Below, one piece after another: positions 17,557-28,571 of a stretch of DNA of 64,000 bases (the first letter of the stretch is position 1; each line of letters starts with the position of its first letter). Under the pieces are notes generated by a model. It saw nothing but the letters and a program-made list of their open reading frames with translations. It had not been told where the DNA came from and ran no database searches. Origin of the DNA: an uncultured Pseudomonadales bacterium (lineage in GTDB: Bacteria > Patescibacteriota > Microgenomatia > UBA1400 > PJMF01). The translations under genes were made by a program, and so were the position numbers. The stretch lies in assembly GCA_964502565.1 (NCBI GenBank), contig CAZCXA010000001.1, forward strand, positions 3,806 through 67,805, in the 5' to 3' direction.

Positions 17557-18315
17557 ATGTCAATAGCTCTCCCTTTAAACACCCTCTTGCTGTCTGCTGG
17601 TTATGGCACTCGTCTTAAAAAAATAGGTGAGCGCACGCCTAAAGGCTTGTTTAAGAACAGCAAAAATATATCAATCACTGACATGATTATTGGCTCTTTG
17701 CAAAAAGTTCCACAAGTTGAAGATTGGGCTTTGGTCTCAAACAACCGTTTTTTTCATAACTATCAAGATTATTTTGCTCAAAACTACCCAGGATTAAAGA
17801 TCAAGATGCTCAATGATGGCACTGATGATCCTAAGGAGAGACTGGGCTCACTTGGGGATCTAGTTTTTGTCCTAAATAAATTAAGTTGGTGGGATAAATC
17901 AATCTTGGTTTTAGCCAGTGACCGTACTCCCGAGAACATCATTCCTCATCTAGTGAAGTTATATAATCAACATCCTGATTGTTTTATTACCTGTGTTACT
18001 CGCCAGAGCAAAAAAATGATCGCCAATCGTTATGGTTGCGCTCAACTTGGTCAAGATCAAAAAATCTTAAGTTTTGAAGAAAAGCCAGCTCAGCCAAAAA
18101 GCAATTATCAAGCTATTCCATTTTATATTTTTCCACAAAAATCCTTAAGTTTGCTTAAAAAATATTATCAAGCCGGTAAAAATATGGACTCGCCAGGTAA
18201 TATCATCCCCTGGCTTTTGCAACACAACTTTCCGGTTTATGCTCACATCACTCAAAAAACCTCGATCGATATTGGGAACTTAGAGGATTTAAAAAAATTT
18301 AAAAGCGCAAGATAG
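17557..18315 (+). CDS. Sugar-phosphate nucleotidyltransferase family protein
   Basis: LLLSAGYGTRL..PKGL, FEEKP, DIGNLED. Confidence 0.88.
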   Translation: MSIALPLNTLLLSAGYGTRLKKIGERTPKGLFKNSKNISITDMIIGSLQKVPQVEDWALVSNNRFFHNYQDYFAQNYPGLKIKMLNDGTDDPKERLGSLGDLVFVLNKLSWWDKSILVLASDRTPENIIPHLVKLYNQHPDCFITCVTRQSKKMIANRYGCAQLGQDQKILSFEEKPAQPKSNYQAIPFYIFPQKSLSLLKKYYQAGKNMDSPGNIIPWLLQHNFPVYAHITQKTSIDIGNLEDLKKFKSAR

Positions 18316-18329
18316 CTGGAAAAAAATCC

Positions 18330-20501
18330 TTATTCCTCGTCAGCCTTTGCTTGAGCTAAATAGGCTTGAACCTTCTCCTTGATCACCTCTCTTGGCTTAC
18401 TGCCTTCTGGCGGACCAATTAACCCAGCCTCATGCATATTATCCAAGATCCTGGCGGCGCGATTATAACCAATACTCAAACGTCTTTGTAGTAATGATGC
18501 TGAAGCCTTGCCCCGATTGTTAAAAACCTGAACCGCTTGATCAAACAGTTCATCTTTTGCCTCGTTTTGATCTGCGCCTTCAAAATCAATCACTTGATTA
18601 GTTTTATATTTACTGGTGACATCATCCTCATACTGAGGTAGTTGACCATGAGATTTTAAATAATCTATCAAGGCTTTGGTTTCTTTAGGAGAGACAAAAG
18701 TGCCCTGAATACGAATCGGTTTAGCGCGATCAGGAGCCTGATATAACATATCACCTCGACCTAGTAATTTTTCCGCCCCTGCCGAGTCTAGGATCACACG
18801 CGAGTCAATTAATGAGTTAACTTGAAAAGCGATTCGAGCAGGAATGTTAGCCTTGATTAATCCAGTAATCACATCTACAGAAGGTCGCTGAGTAGACAAT
18901 ATCAAATGAATGCCCACTGCTCGAGCCATCTGTGCGATACGGGTCACTGAAGCCTCGACATCTCCAGGAGCAAACATCATGATATCAGCCATCTCATCAA
19001 TCACGATCATTAAGTTTGGCATGGCAGACAAACCAGCGAGCTCGTTGTAGGCCTCAATATCTTTCACCCCTACCTCCTGTAGCAGTTTGTAACGCTTTTC
19101 CATTAAGCTCTCGGTCCATTTTAAAGCAGAGATCACTTTTTTCGGTTCCACAATCACTGGCGTAATTAAATGTGGAATATCTTGATATTGAGTTAGCTCC
19201 ACTCGCTTTGGATCCACCAAGATTAGGTTTAACTCAGATGGGCTGGCCCTGAACAATAATGAGCTTAAGAAATTATTAATACAGATAGACTTACCAGATC
19301 CGGTTGAGCCAGCAATCAGCAGATGAGGCATCTTGGAGATATCAGCGATTACTGAGTTGCCTGCAACATCAATCCCCAACCCGACCGCTAACTTTGAAGG
19401 ATGCTTTTTTAAAACACTGGAACCTAAAATTTCACGCAAGGTCACAAACTCGAACGAGCGGTTTGGCACTTCAATACCCACCAAAGAACGGCCAGCAATC
19501 GGCGCCTCGATACGAATTTGCCCAGTAGGTGCTGCTAAAGCCATTGCTAAATCAGTAGATAAGCTGGTAATTCTTGATAGTTTAGTGCCACGAGCGACCT
19601 CTAAAGCATATTGGGTGACCGAAGGTCCGAAGTTTACTTCTTTAACAAAAGCTTGAATACCAAATGACTCTAAGGTGCCCTCAATAATATCCGCATTCTG
19701 ATTAACATCGCCCCGATCAGCCTCTCCACCCTTTGTTTCAGATAGTAAAGACAGGGGTGGATAATCCCACACCAATGGTAAGTTGCTCGGAGTCAATAAA
19801 TCTTGACCATCTTTTAACTCATCTTTAGAACTGGATTTTTGTTCAGATGATTGAGCCAATGCTTGCCCAGATACTACCGCGGTGCCGGTCTGGTCATCAC
19901 CTACTCCCTGCTCTTTTAAGTTAACCTGTTTAACCGTAAGTTGTTTCTCTTTCTTGCCTAGTGATAATCTTTTAAACAAGCTTAATTTTTCTTTTTGCTT
20001 CTCAACCTTTTTATTAAGCTTTTTATCTTTGAGCTGATCAAGCCATTTATTGATTGCGTTCGCTAGCTCTACTAAGGAAGACTGCAAAGCAATTAAGATA
20101 GAGGCAATCATCAGTCCCACAGCAGTCACATAAGTGCCAACCGGACTTAACAAACGGGCAATATTAAAAAAAGTTTGCTGACCGATCTCGCCTGTTTGCA
20201 AGGCAATATTAAAGGCCATGGAAAAAATCAGCACACCAAGCAACACGTTTGGCTCAGCCCACTTCCATTTGGTTTGGAGCATTACCAAACCTGAAGAAAT
20301 AAAGATTAAAGGCAAGAATAGCAAACTTAAGCCAAGTTTAAGAGTTAAAAAAGAGTAGATACTTTGTAGGACAACGCCCTGACCAGTGAAAGAGATTGCG
20401 ATCAACACCCCAACCAAGATTAAAAAAATTGACACGATTGAATGGAGTGTGTTGGCCTCAATCTTAAGTTTAATTGGTTTAGACTTTTTGCGTCTACCCA
20501 T
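18330..20501 (-). CDS. ftsK: DNA translocase FtsK/SpoIIIE
   Basis: 4 TMs, PHLLIAGSTGSGKS, VIDEMAD, TQRPSVDV, gamma domain SASLLQRRLSIGYNRAAR. Confidence 0.98.
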   Translation of the reverse strand: MGRRKKSKPIKLKIEANTLHSIVSIFLILVGVLIAISFTGQGVVLQSIYSFLTLKLGLSLLFLPLIFISSGLVMLQTKWKWAEPNVLLGVLIFSMAFNIALQTGEIGQQTFFNIARLLSPVGTYVTAVGLMIASILIALQSSLVELANAINKWLDQLKDKKLNKKVEKQKEKLSLFKRLSLGKKEKQLTVKQVNLKEQGVGDDQTGTAVVSGQALAQSSEQKSSSKDELKDGQDLLTPSNLPLVWDYPPLSLLSETKGGEADRGDVNQNADIIEGTLESFGIQAFVKEVNFGPSVTQYALEVARGTKLSRITSLSTDLAMALAAPTGQIRIEAPIAGRSLVGIEVPNRSFEFVTLREILGSSVLKKHPSKLAVGLGIDVAGNSVIADISKMPHLLIAGSTGSGKSICINNFLSSLLFRASPSELNLILVDPKRVELTQYQDIPHLITPVIVEPKKVISALKWTESLMEKRYKLLQEVGVKDIEAYNELAGLSAMPNLMIVIDEMADIMMFAPGDVEASVTRIAQMARAVGIHLILSTQRPSVDVITGLIKANIPARIAFQVNSLIDSRVILDSAGAEKLLGRGDMLYQAPDRAKPIRIQGTFVSPKETKALIDYLKSHGQLPQYEDDVTSKYKTNQVIDFEGADQNEAKDELFDQAVQVFNNRGKASASLLQRRLSIGYNRAARILDNMHEAGLIGPPEGSKPREVIKEKVQAYLAQAKADEE

Positions 20502-20586
20502 AAGAATGTAATAAATGTATCCTATAATAATTATAGGGTAAATACTTATTTTCGCAAGACTACTTCACCAACCATCAACAATACAT

Positions 20587-22242
20587 TTAATCTAAAAATA
20601 CTGGAATAACAATTGGCTCTCTTTGAATAGTCCTGTATAGTTTCTTTTTTAGTTCTTTTTCTACTTTTTTTCTTAAATCATGATCTTTTAATTCTGGGTT
20701 TTCTTTAATCGCGTCAACAGTAATCTCTTTAATAAACTTGATCACTTCATCAGCCTGTTTCATAAAAACAAAACCTCGGGAAATAACCTCTATTTTACCC
20801 AATTGAAAACAGCCCTGGTCTCTTGGTATTACTACCACCACCATACCAGCCTCACTTAAGGCCAAACGGTCTGAAAGCACAACCGGACCTACATCACCAA
20901 TGCCCAAGCCGTCAATTATCTTTGGATTTAACTTAATCTGTTGCTCGATTTTCCAGTTCTTGTTAAAAAAAGATACAATCTCTCCAGTCTGAGGAATTAT
21001 GATCTGTTCATCACTATACCCAAGTTTGTGAGCCACTCTGGTACGGAACAGTTCTCGATGTCGATCAGCGCCTCCGATAGGCATCACAAATCTTGGTTTA
21101 GCCAAAGACAACATCTCTTGCTGTTCCGCAGCGCTGGCATGACCGGTTTGATGAATGTTGGGAGATAGCGTTGGGTAAACCACTTGAATTCGATTTTTAC
21201 TCAGTTCATCAATGGCTCGATAATAAGGAACCTCATTGCCGGGAATAGCATCTGCTGAAAAAACAACCTTGTCTGTGCCGTTTATCTGAATTAAGCTGTG
21301 TTCTCCAAAAACAGCTCTTACTAATGACGAACCTTCTTGACCCTGACTACCGGCGATGACCACGGTTAACTCATGATCTTGGTAGTTACTTAGGTTTTTC
21401 TTGTTAACTAAAACTTTTAAAGGCACCCGAAGCTTGCCTAGCTGTTGAGCTGTTTTAACACTTTGCTCCACACTGCGACCGATAAAACAGACTTTACGAT
21501 TATTTTTTACAGATATGTCTATCACTTGTTGAATCCTGTGCAAGTGCGAGCTCATTAAAGTCACTACAAACTTACCTTTGACTCCATGAATTTCTTTTTC
21601 AATAGCTGGCCCGGTGGTAGATTCTGACTTACTCCATTCCTCCCTTTCCACTCTTAAACAGTCTAGCAACATCAACAAAATACCTTTTTTGCCCGCCTGC
21701 TCAACTGCATCTAAGTCGGTTAAGACTCCATCGATTGGATGCTGATCAAGTTTAAAATCAGAGCCATAATAGATCACTCCCTCAGGTGTATCAATCAAGA
21801 TATGCTTGGCATCAGGTACTGAATGAGTCACCGCCAGCGGAGTGATAGCAAAGTGCTGTCCAAGTTTAATCTGTTGATGATCCTGAATCACCTCAACCTT
21901 GTTGCTCAACCCTCCATCTTTAATTCTATTCTGCGCAAAGCCAGCTGTTAAACTCGAGCCATAAATAGGAAAATCTGGTAACTCTGGCAAAAAATAAGGT
22001 AATGCTGCGATGTGGTCATCGTGACCATGACTAAAGACTAACCCCACAATCTTCTTACCTTGTTTTAACTCAGAGAGTAAATAACTAATATCAGGAATAA
22101 TAACATCAGCTCCCGGCATATATAAATCAGGAAAACCGATCCCGCAATCAGCGATTAAAATTTCTTGATCATACTGAAAAAGAAACATGTTTTGGGTAAC
22201 TTCACCCATTCCACCCAAAGGTACAATTTTTAGTTTGTTCAT
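20587..22242 (-). CDS. rnj: Ribonuclease J
   Basis: PLGGMGEV, SHGHDDHI, HSVPD, GSQGQ, IPGNE, HQTGHA. Confidence 0.95.
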   Translation of the reverse strand: MNKLKIVPLGGMGEVTQNMFLFQYDQEILIADCGIGFPDLYMPGADVIIPDISYLLSELKQGKKIVGLVFSHGHDDHIAALPYFLPELPDFPIYGSSLTAGFAQNRIKDGGLSNKVEVIQDHQQIKLGQHFAITPLAVTHSVPDAKHILIDTPEGVIYYGSDFKLDQHPIDGVLTDLDAVEQAGKKGILLMLLDCLRVEREEWSKSESTTGPAIEKEIHGVKGKFVVTLMSSHLHRIQQVIDISVKNNRKVCFIGRSVEQSVKTAQQLGKLRVPLKVLVNKKNLSNYQDHELTVVIAGSQGQEGSSLVRAVFGEHSLIQINGTDKVVFSADAIPGNEVPYYRAIDELSKNRIQVVYPTLSPNIHQTGHASAAEQQEMLSLAKPRFVMPIGGADRHRELFRTRVAHKLGYSDEQIIIPQTGEIVSFFNKNWKIEQQIKLNPKIIDGLGIGDVGPVVLSDRLALSEAGMVVVVIPRDQGCFQLGKIEVISRGFVFMKQADEVIKFIKEITVDAIKENPELKDHDLRKKVEKELKKKLYRTIQREPIVIPVFLD

Positions 22243-22274
22243 AATATTACTTGTTTGATACTTAATCCTATACC

Positions 22275-22360
22275 TTGAAAGATAAAATCCTTACTTTGAT
22301 AGATAAAAACCTTATATATTGATTGATAGGAACTTTATATATTGATAGATAAAAACCTTT
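22275..22360. repeat. 4 x ~22-23-bp imperfect tandem repeat upstream of rnj
   Basis: ttgaaagataaaatccttact / ttgatagataaaaaccttatata / ttgattgataggaactttatata / ttgatagataaaaaccttt. Confidence 0.75.
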
Positions 22361-22364
22361 ATCT

Positions 22365-24200
22365 CTAATGTATTTCTGATCTTCTATCTCTTAAAAAAGA
22401 CCGCCAGTCTTCAACTAAACCCACGATTACGGAAAACGGGGCGTCAACCAAGGCTGTGAAAAAAACGCTGACAATATTATATTCTTTCCATTTAGCTGAG
22501 AGCCACTGCCCAACCTGAGCCAAAGGCAGATAAAAGAAATCAACCATCATGGTTAAAATACCCCCACTCTCTTGAATAGTCAGCTCTTGTGCTTTATGTC
22601 TAATAACCATGGCAGCAGAAACCACCATGGCCACGTTTACAACATCAACATAAATTGATGTCCAGGGCACTCCAGCTACTTTAAATACTAAGTAAACTGC
22701 ATAAGCTCCGACCAAGCCTCCAAACAAACTTATAAGACTAAAGATAAAGTCTAAAAACCAGTTTCTTTTTTTAACCAGGTTAATCTCAAACTCATCTTTT
22801 TCATCACTCTTTAAGATAACCTTCAGAATCTCCTCTTTAACTCTGCCAAGATTTTCTTTTTTTGGAGGCTGAATCGTGATAACTAAGACAAACATTAATG
22901 AGGACGGGATCGCGAGGTCAATAAATAAAGCAAACAGGCTAAAACCTTCTCCAACAAACTCTGCCACCGGACCCTCAAAAATAATAAAACTCACTACGCC
23001 CGCAACAAAGATTGATAAAGTTGAATAAACTGCTGACCGATAAAGCCTGCTTTTTAAAGTTGATAAACGACGGTTGTAAGCCAGAGTAATAGTCTCAAAC
23101 AACTGTTTTTTATCCTTAAGTTTTGGCTCGATTGATTCTGGATCTTCTTCTAACTCCTTAACAACATCGCCAAATATTAAAAAAGCTGCATCTTGTCTTT
23201 CGCAAATCTTAAAAAACTCTTTACCATACTTATGTTCTAGATCTGAACTGATCTGCTTTTGAACTTGATCGATATTTTCCGCAAAATTTTTTACAAACTC
23301 CTGATCATCCTCAAACCACTGAGGATAATGATATTTAATAAGATTGTAACTGATGATTGGGGAGTCAAGTGAAAATAATGCACGATGTGCCGCGACATAT
23401 GTTTGAACTAAAACCTCCTCATCAGACATAAAATTTTTCGGCGTAACCTTTAAACTGTTGTAAATTGAAAAAGTCATAAAATTAATCAGGGCGTTTTCCT
23501 TAAAAGCCGGTTCTAAAATCTCCTCGATTTCACAGGCTGCAATTTCGAGAATCCAGTTATAAAAATTAACCTTTTCTTTTAGATTAGCCTTGCGTTTTTT
23601 TCGCTCGCTCTTGTTTAAATCAGATGTAATCTCAGACAGATAACGCTTGCCTGAAAATGGTGAGTTGTTAATTATGTAAATATATTTTGCCAAGCTTTGT
23701 TTTGCGAGCGGAATCTTGTTTTTTGAGATCTGTTTGTTGGAAAAATAACCACTTCTAACCATTTCCTGCACTAAGGGCCCGGTGATTATTTCTGCATCTA
23801 AAGAACTCTGACCAATGCCTGATATTTCTGAAAGCAAGGTTCTTTTTAAGATCCTCTCAATAGCAGAGCGACGAATTAAGTTTTCTTCTTTCCAATCAAT
23901 AACTCTTCGAACCTTTTCATATACTTTTGCTAACTTCGCAGCAAACTCATCACTTTCTATTGGAGAAACCACCGGCTTTTGTTGATACAAAATACCTTGA
24001 ACATAATCTAATAAAAATTGATTGGTTAAATCGTTAAGTTCATATTGAGAAGACAGCTCAACTTGATTAAGGATTGATTTCGACATAATAGGAGACGAAC
24101 TAGACTTAGCCTGGTTTTCTTGGCTTGATTGTTCTACTGACTGATCTGTCTCATTATTAAGTTGGTCTGAACTTGAAACATTAGTCTGAGTTTGAGTCAT
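22365..24200 (-). CDS. Hypothetical membrane protein (large helical N-domain, ~4-5 C-terminal TMs)
   Basis: 611-aa ORF with hydrophobic segments after aa ~390; no recognisable catalytic motif. Confidence 0.8.
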   Translation of the reverse strand: MTQTQTNVSSSDQLNNETDQSVEQSSQENQAKSSSSPIMSKSILNQVELSSQYELNDLTNQFLLDYVQGILYQQKPVVSPIESDEFAAKLAKVYEKVRRVIDWKEENLIRRSAIERILKRTLLSEISGIGQSSLDAEIITGPLVQEMVRSGYFSNKQISKNKIPLAKQSLAKYIYIINNSPFSGKRYLSEITSDLNKSERKKRKANLKEKVNFYNWILEIAACEIEEILEPAFKENALINFMTFSIYNSLKVTPKNFMSDEEVLVQTYVAAHRALFSLDSPIISYNLIKYHYPQWFEDDQEFVKNFAENIDQVQKQISSDLEHKYGKEFFKICERQDAAFLIFGDVVKELEEDPESIEPKLKDKKQLFETITLAYNRRLSTLKSRLYRSAVYSTLSIFVAGVVSFIIFEGPVAEFVGEGFSLFALFIDLAIPSSLMFVLVITIQPPKKENLGRVKEEILKVILKSDEKDEFEINLVKKRNWFLDFIFSLISLFGGLVGAYAVYLVFKVAGVPWTSIYVDVVNVAMVVSAAMVIRHKAQELTIQESGGILTMMVDFFYLPLAQVGQWLSAKWKEYNIVSVFFTALVDAPFSVIVGLVEDWRSFLRDRRSEIH

Positions 24201-24301
24201 AAAATCATATTATATAGGAATCAGAGGAAAAAGTTATCTACTTCATAAATAATGAAGCCGAGGTAAAGATGAACTACTTTAACTACTAACTGTTAATAAC
24301 T

Positions 24302-25369
24302 CTAATATTTGGGTAAAAATATTTCCCTATTTTCTCGAGTAATAATCACTTTATTAAAACCTCTTTCCACGATAATTCTAGCTGCTTTGCGTACTGCTCC
24401 TTGCAAGGTTCTTTGCAAGGTTCTAATGCCAGCATCAAAACCCAAAGGTCTAATGACATTTGGCCAGACATCTGCCTTAATAATAAGCTGCCCAGGTTTT
24501 AGCCCGGCTTGTTTTAATAAATCTGGTAAAACATATTTTTGAGCTATCACTAACTTTTCATGATCTGTGTACGAAGGCATATCAATCCTTTCCACACGAT
24601 CTAACACGGCTGTTGGCAATCTGACCGTGTTGTTAGCAGTGGCCAGAAAAATTGCCTTACTTAAGTTAACTGGATAGTCAATATATGAATCGGTAAACGC
24701 ATGATTTTGGGCTGGATCTAACAACTCAATCAGTACACCCATTATCTCCTGGTTAGCCTCATCACTAGCACGATCAACCTCATCCAATAAAACAACAGGA
24801 TTTTCAACATGTGACTCGCATAATCCTTTTATAACCCTACCTGGTTCACTACCTAAAACTAGCCTGGAACTACCACGTATTTCTTTAGCTGAACCCATGC
24901 CTCCAAACGGAATACGCACCAACGGTCTGTTTAGAGCCTCAGCTAGAGCATAACCAAAAGTAGTCTTACCAGTACCAACTAAACCGACCAGCAACAAGAT
25001 TGGTGCACTAAAATCTTCTTGCTGAAAATTTTGTTGTCTTAACTTTAAAACAGAGATATATTCCAAGAACCGATTTTTAATCTCCTCCATCCCATAATGG
25101 TGTTTGTCAAAAATACTCTTTGCTTCTTTAATATCAAGTCTGTCAATTGCTTTTTCTCCCCATGGCAAGCGCAAAACCCAATCAATATACTTGCTAACCG
25201 TTTCATATTTCACATCATAACTGCCCAGTTCTACACTACGTTTTAAAGCAATAATATCTTTTTTTACCTTACGCCTTAACTCGTCAGGCATCTTGGCGTT
25301 CTCTGCTTTTTTTTGCAGTTCCTCGATCTCATCCTGAAGAACTTGTTGATAATTGTTGGCTTGAGTCAT
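24302..25369 (-). CDS. Lon-like AAA+ ATPase module only (no N-domain, no protease domain)
   Basis: YIDWVLRLPW, HHYGMEEIKNRFLEY, GLVGTGKT, NPVVLLDEVD, LLDPAQN..F.D.Y, AGIRTLQR; 355 aa. Confidence 0.9.
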   Translation of the reverse strand: MTQANNYQQVLQDEIEELQKKAENAKMPDELRRKVKKDIIALKRSVELGSYDVKYETVSKYIDWVLRLPWGEKAIDRLDIKEAKSIFDKHHYGMEEIKNRFLEYISVLKLRQQNFQQEDFSAPILLLVGLVGTGKTTFGYALAEALNRPLVRIPFGGMGSAKEIRGSSRLVLGSEPGRVIKGLCESHVENPVVLLDEVDRASDEANQEIMGVLIELLDPAQNHAFTDSYIDYPVNLSKAIFLATANNTVRLPTAVLDRVERIDMPSYTDHEKLVIAQKYVLPDLLKQAGLKPGQLIIKADVWPNVIRPLGFDAGIRTLQRTLQGAVRKAARIIVERGFNKVIITRENREIFLPKY

Positions 25370-26298
25370 AAGTTTGGTTGGGCCAAATCTTCCTTGGTAA
25401 GTAAACCTGTTTTAGCTCCATAATACTTGATAACCGAGGCTGCATTTTTTGCACCAATTTCAGCTGATTCTTTTATTGATTTTTCCCACAAGATACCAGC
25501 TACAAAACCGGTAGCAAAAGCGTCTCCAGCTCCAGTCGCATCAATTGGCAGACCACCTAAAGCCGGAAAGTGCAAAACATGTTCATTATTATAATAAACA
25601 TCACCCCCTCTTTTACCAGCAGTAACCACCACATATCTAAAACTTTGCAAAACCTCTCCCTGGACATTAGCTATCATTGACCATTCCTCGGTATTAACAA
25701 AAAATACTTCACACGAAATTGTTTTGACTGATAATTGACGATTAGACAACAAAGCTAGCTCTTTTTTCCCTGGGTTCCAGGACAAATTAGCATAATTATT
25801 TCTGCCAACGTATTGAAAAATTTTTTCTAGAGTATCCTGATTACCGCCGATGCTGGTTAAATGAACCCATTGAGCTTGAGAAAGCCAATAAGCCGAGATG
25901 TCAAAAGGGTCAAGCATACCAGCTGCGCCACGATGAACAAGGACCGAGCGTTCACCTTCAGGACAGATCAAGATAACTGATCCACCAGTTTGCTCTTTTT
26001 TTTCTTCGATAATTAGGTTGGTGGCCACGCCATTCTTTTTTAAATCAGATTTAACCAGCTCTGAAAAACTGTCTCTGCCGGTTTCACAAACCACGCTGGT
26101 TTGGAAACCTAACCTAGAAAAACCAACTGCTGTATTGCCACCCCCGCCTCCAGTAAAAACATTAAAACTATCGATCTCAAGTTTGCCACCATAGGTATGG
26201 CAAAGCATTACATCAGAATCAACTTCTTTCACTCGAAACTTATGAGTATGAAGAAAGATGTCAATTAAAGCCGAGCCGATAGATATTATTTGGTGCAT
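25366..26298 (-). CDS. PfkB family carbohydrate kinase
   Basis: GGGGGNTAVGFSRLG, WNPG, DATGAGDAFATGF. Confidence 0.95.
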   Translation of the reverse strand: MHQIISIGSALIDIFLHTHKFRVKEVDSDVMLCHTYGGKLEIDSFNVFTGGGGGNTAVGFSRLGFQTSVVCETGRDSFSELVKSDLKKNGVATNLIIEEKKEQTGGSVILICPEGERSVLVHRGAAGMLDPFDISAYWLSQAQWVHLTSIGGNQDTLEKIFQYVGRNNYANLSWNPGKKELALLSNRQLSVKTISCEVFFVNTEEWSMIANVQGEVLQSFRYVVVTAGKRGGDVYYNNEHVLHFPALGGLPIDATGAGDAFATGFVAGILWEKSIKESAEIGAKNAASVIKYYGAKTGLLTKEDLAQPNL

Positions 26299-26528
26299 TT
26301 GATTTGGAGTGTTTGGTATGAAGTGTTTGATACTTGATATGGGTATTAGGTATGATGGGGAGATTCTGCATCTTTGTCATACCTAGAACACTGCCTTGGT
26401 TAATATAAGACTAAGCATCTTAATTAAATCATGAAATGCTTGTCGACTAAACCATAACTTAAAGATAATAAGTATATCAAACACCTTATTTCAAAGGGGG
26501 AAGGATTGTTAAAAATATGGAAAGTTGT

Positions 26529-27134
26529 TTAAGCTCGAGCAAGTATCTCCTTTTCAAAATCGGAAATAGCCTGCATCAAACCGGTTTGGTTACTTACAAT
26601 TTTATATATCTGTTTTTCTTTCTCATCAATAAAAAAATGCTTATTAATCGTTGCCATTACCTCATGCCAAAACTCTCCATATAAAATCATGGGTTTATGA
26701 TTACCAAAGTACAAGTGAGACATCAGCCAAGCAGTTGACCACTCACTCAGAGTGCCGGTACCACCTTTAAAACAAATAAATAAATCTGAGTAATAGATGA
26801 GACCTAACAGGCGTTCAATATAATTAGCAGTTTGAATCTCTTCCTCTACTTTATTTTCAGCATCTCGACCTTCAAACTCGGTCATGTCTTTGGGATAAAA
26901 AGTTACTGCAACACTTTTACCAACCACTGACTGCGCTCCGCGAGTTGCAGCCTGCATCACCCCTGGCCCTCCACCGTTAATAATCACCTTACCCATTTGT
27001 GCGACTTGTTGTGCAATAGTGAATACTTCCTGATATAACGGATGATCAGGCGAGACGTCAGCACTCCCAAAAAAAGCAACCTTCTCGATCTTGTTTGTTG
27101 TGTATTTTTCCGGAATCTTGATGTTGGTTTTCAT
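26529..27134 (-). CDS. LOG/lysine-decarboxylase-like nucleotide monophosphate nucleosidase
   Basis: VAFFGSA, NGGGPGVM, KGGTGTLSE. Confidence 0.88.
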   Translation of the reverse strand: MKTNIKIPEKYTTNKIEKVAFFGSADVSPDHPLYQEVFTIAQQVAQMGKVIINGGGPGVMQAATRGAQSVVGKSVAVTFYPKDMTEFEGRDAENKVEEEIQTANYIERLLGLIYYSDLFICFKGGTGTLSEWSTAWLMSHLYFGNHKPMILYGEFWHEVMATINKHFFIDEKEKQIYKIVSNQTGLMQAISDFEKEILARA

Positions 27135-27252
27135 GTTGTTGTTTAATAGAGACTATTGAAAATTAACTCTTAAGTATTTAATAAGTGAGATTTAGTTTCT
27201 GGTGTAGTAAATTATCAAAAAAAATTATTTGCAGTTACTGACATTACTAGAT

Positions 27253-27912
27253 TTAAATGTTGGCAATCTTTTCTGCAACTTCTCTTGGATCTTCAGCTGT
27301 CCACAGCATGCTTCCAACAGCCACTGCATCAGCCCCAGCTTGTTTTAGTTTTTTTAAATTATCTAACTTGACCCCACCGTCAACAATAATCTCACATTGC
27401 AACCGTCTGTCTGTTAAAGATTGTTTTAAGTCTGTAACTTTTTGATAAATCAGCTCATTCAGTTTTTGCGCTTGGAATCCAGCCTCAACAGCCATTAATT
27501 GAATCTGGTCTAAATCTGGAAAAATCTGTTCCTCGATCTCGGTTAAAGGCGTAAAAAGGTCTAGTGATATGCCCACTTTAACTTGATGATCCTTTAATTC
27601 CTTAACATATTGATCCTGGAAGCTCATTCGCTCAACTTGAGCAATAACTGATCGAGTCGGAACTGAAAAACTACCATCTAATAACTCATAAACATAGTCA
27701 ACCGGTTCTTCAACCATTAAATGTAAATCAAGCTTGAGATCGCCAAAATCAAGTGTTGTTAAGTCTCCTAAAGAAACTGTTAAGTTATCAGCAAACAGGC
27801 CGTCTAGAATATCAACTTGCACAAGTTTAACTTGGGGTAATGATCTTGCTACTTCAAGTTGATGAGCAATAGTCTCTAAAGAATCTGATAATAAGGCTGG
27901 GTAAAATTTCAT
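27253..27912 (-). CDS. rpe: Ribulose-phosphate 3-epimerase
   Basis: QVDILDGLF, DLHLMV, LMAVEAGFQAQ, IVDGGV, VGS. Confidence 0.9.
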   Translation of the reverse strand: MKFYPALLSDSLETIAHQLEVARSLPQVKLVQVDILDGLFADNLTVSLGDLTTLDFGDLKLDLHLMVEEPVDYVYELLDGSFSVPTRSVIAQVERMSFQDQYVKELKDHQVKVGISLDLFTPLTEIEEQIFPDLDQIQLMAVEAGFQAQKLNELIYQKVTDLKQSLTDRRLQCEIIVDGGVKLDNLKKLKQAGADAVAVGSMLWTAEDPREVAEKIANI

Positions 27913-28007
27913 TAGTTTTTTGGTCTTGAGTCTGGGATACTGAATCTTTAAGTATGGTGGTTTGGCCTGGTGTTTTTGTTTAATAGTCTGGTATGGCGAT
28001 CACTAAC

Positions 28008-28457
28008 TCAGGATTGGTTCTCGATATCTGTTATTTGATCGATCCGTCTTTGATGCCGTTCTTCTGCAGTAAACCTTGTCACTAAAAATTTTTCAACAAT
28101 CTTTTTAATCTCATCTAAATCTAGCCAATCTGCTGATAAGGTAATTATATTGGCATTGTTGTGTTCCCTGGCATGCTCAGCACTTAAGGGATTAAAAACC
28201 TCAACTGCCCTGATTTTTCTGAGTTTGTTTGCGACAATGGCCATGCCAGCTCCAGATCTACAAAATAAAATTCCCATAGCATCTTTGTCAGCAGAAACTT
28301 TTTTTGCCACCTCAAAAGCAAATAAAGGATAGTCGTCTTGAGGATCTAACTGATAAGCGCCAGCGTCAACAACCTTGTAACCTTGCTCCTTAAGCCACTT
28401 GTGAATCTGTTGTTTAACTTGAAAACCGCCGTGGTCAGCACCAAGAATGATTTTCAT
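28008..28457 (-). CDS. rpiB: Ribose-5-phosphate isomerase B
   Basis: MKIILGADHGG, DDYP, CRSGAG, REHNNAN, RHQRRI. Confidence 0.95.
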   Translation of the reverse strand: MKIILGADHGGFQVKQQIHKWLKEQGYKVVDAGAYQLDPQDDYPLFAFEVAKKVSADKDAMGILFCRSGAGMAIVANKLRKIRAVEVFNPLSAEHAREHNNANIITLSADWLDLDEIKKIVEKFLVTRFTAEERHQRRIDQITDIENQS

Positions 28458-28517
28458 AAAAAAAACCAATAATTAATATAGGCAATCTGTAATTAAACTT
28501 GATTATCCCATTCTAAC

Positions 28518-28548
28518 AAAAACCCGCATCAGAAAAAGATGCGGGTTT
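28518..28548 (-). terminator. Intrinsic terminator
   Basis: aaacccgcatc-N7-gatgcgggttt stem with T tract on the minus strand. Confidence 0.8.
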
Positions 28549-28571
28549 AGTACCTTTAATCAAGAAACTAG

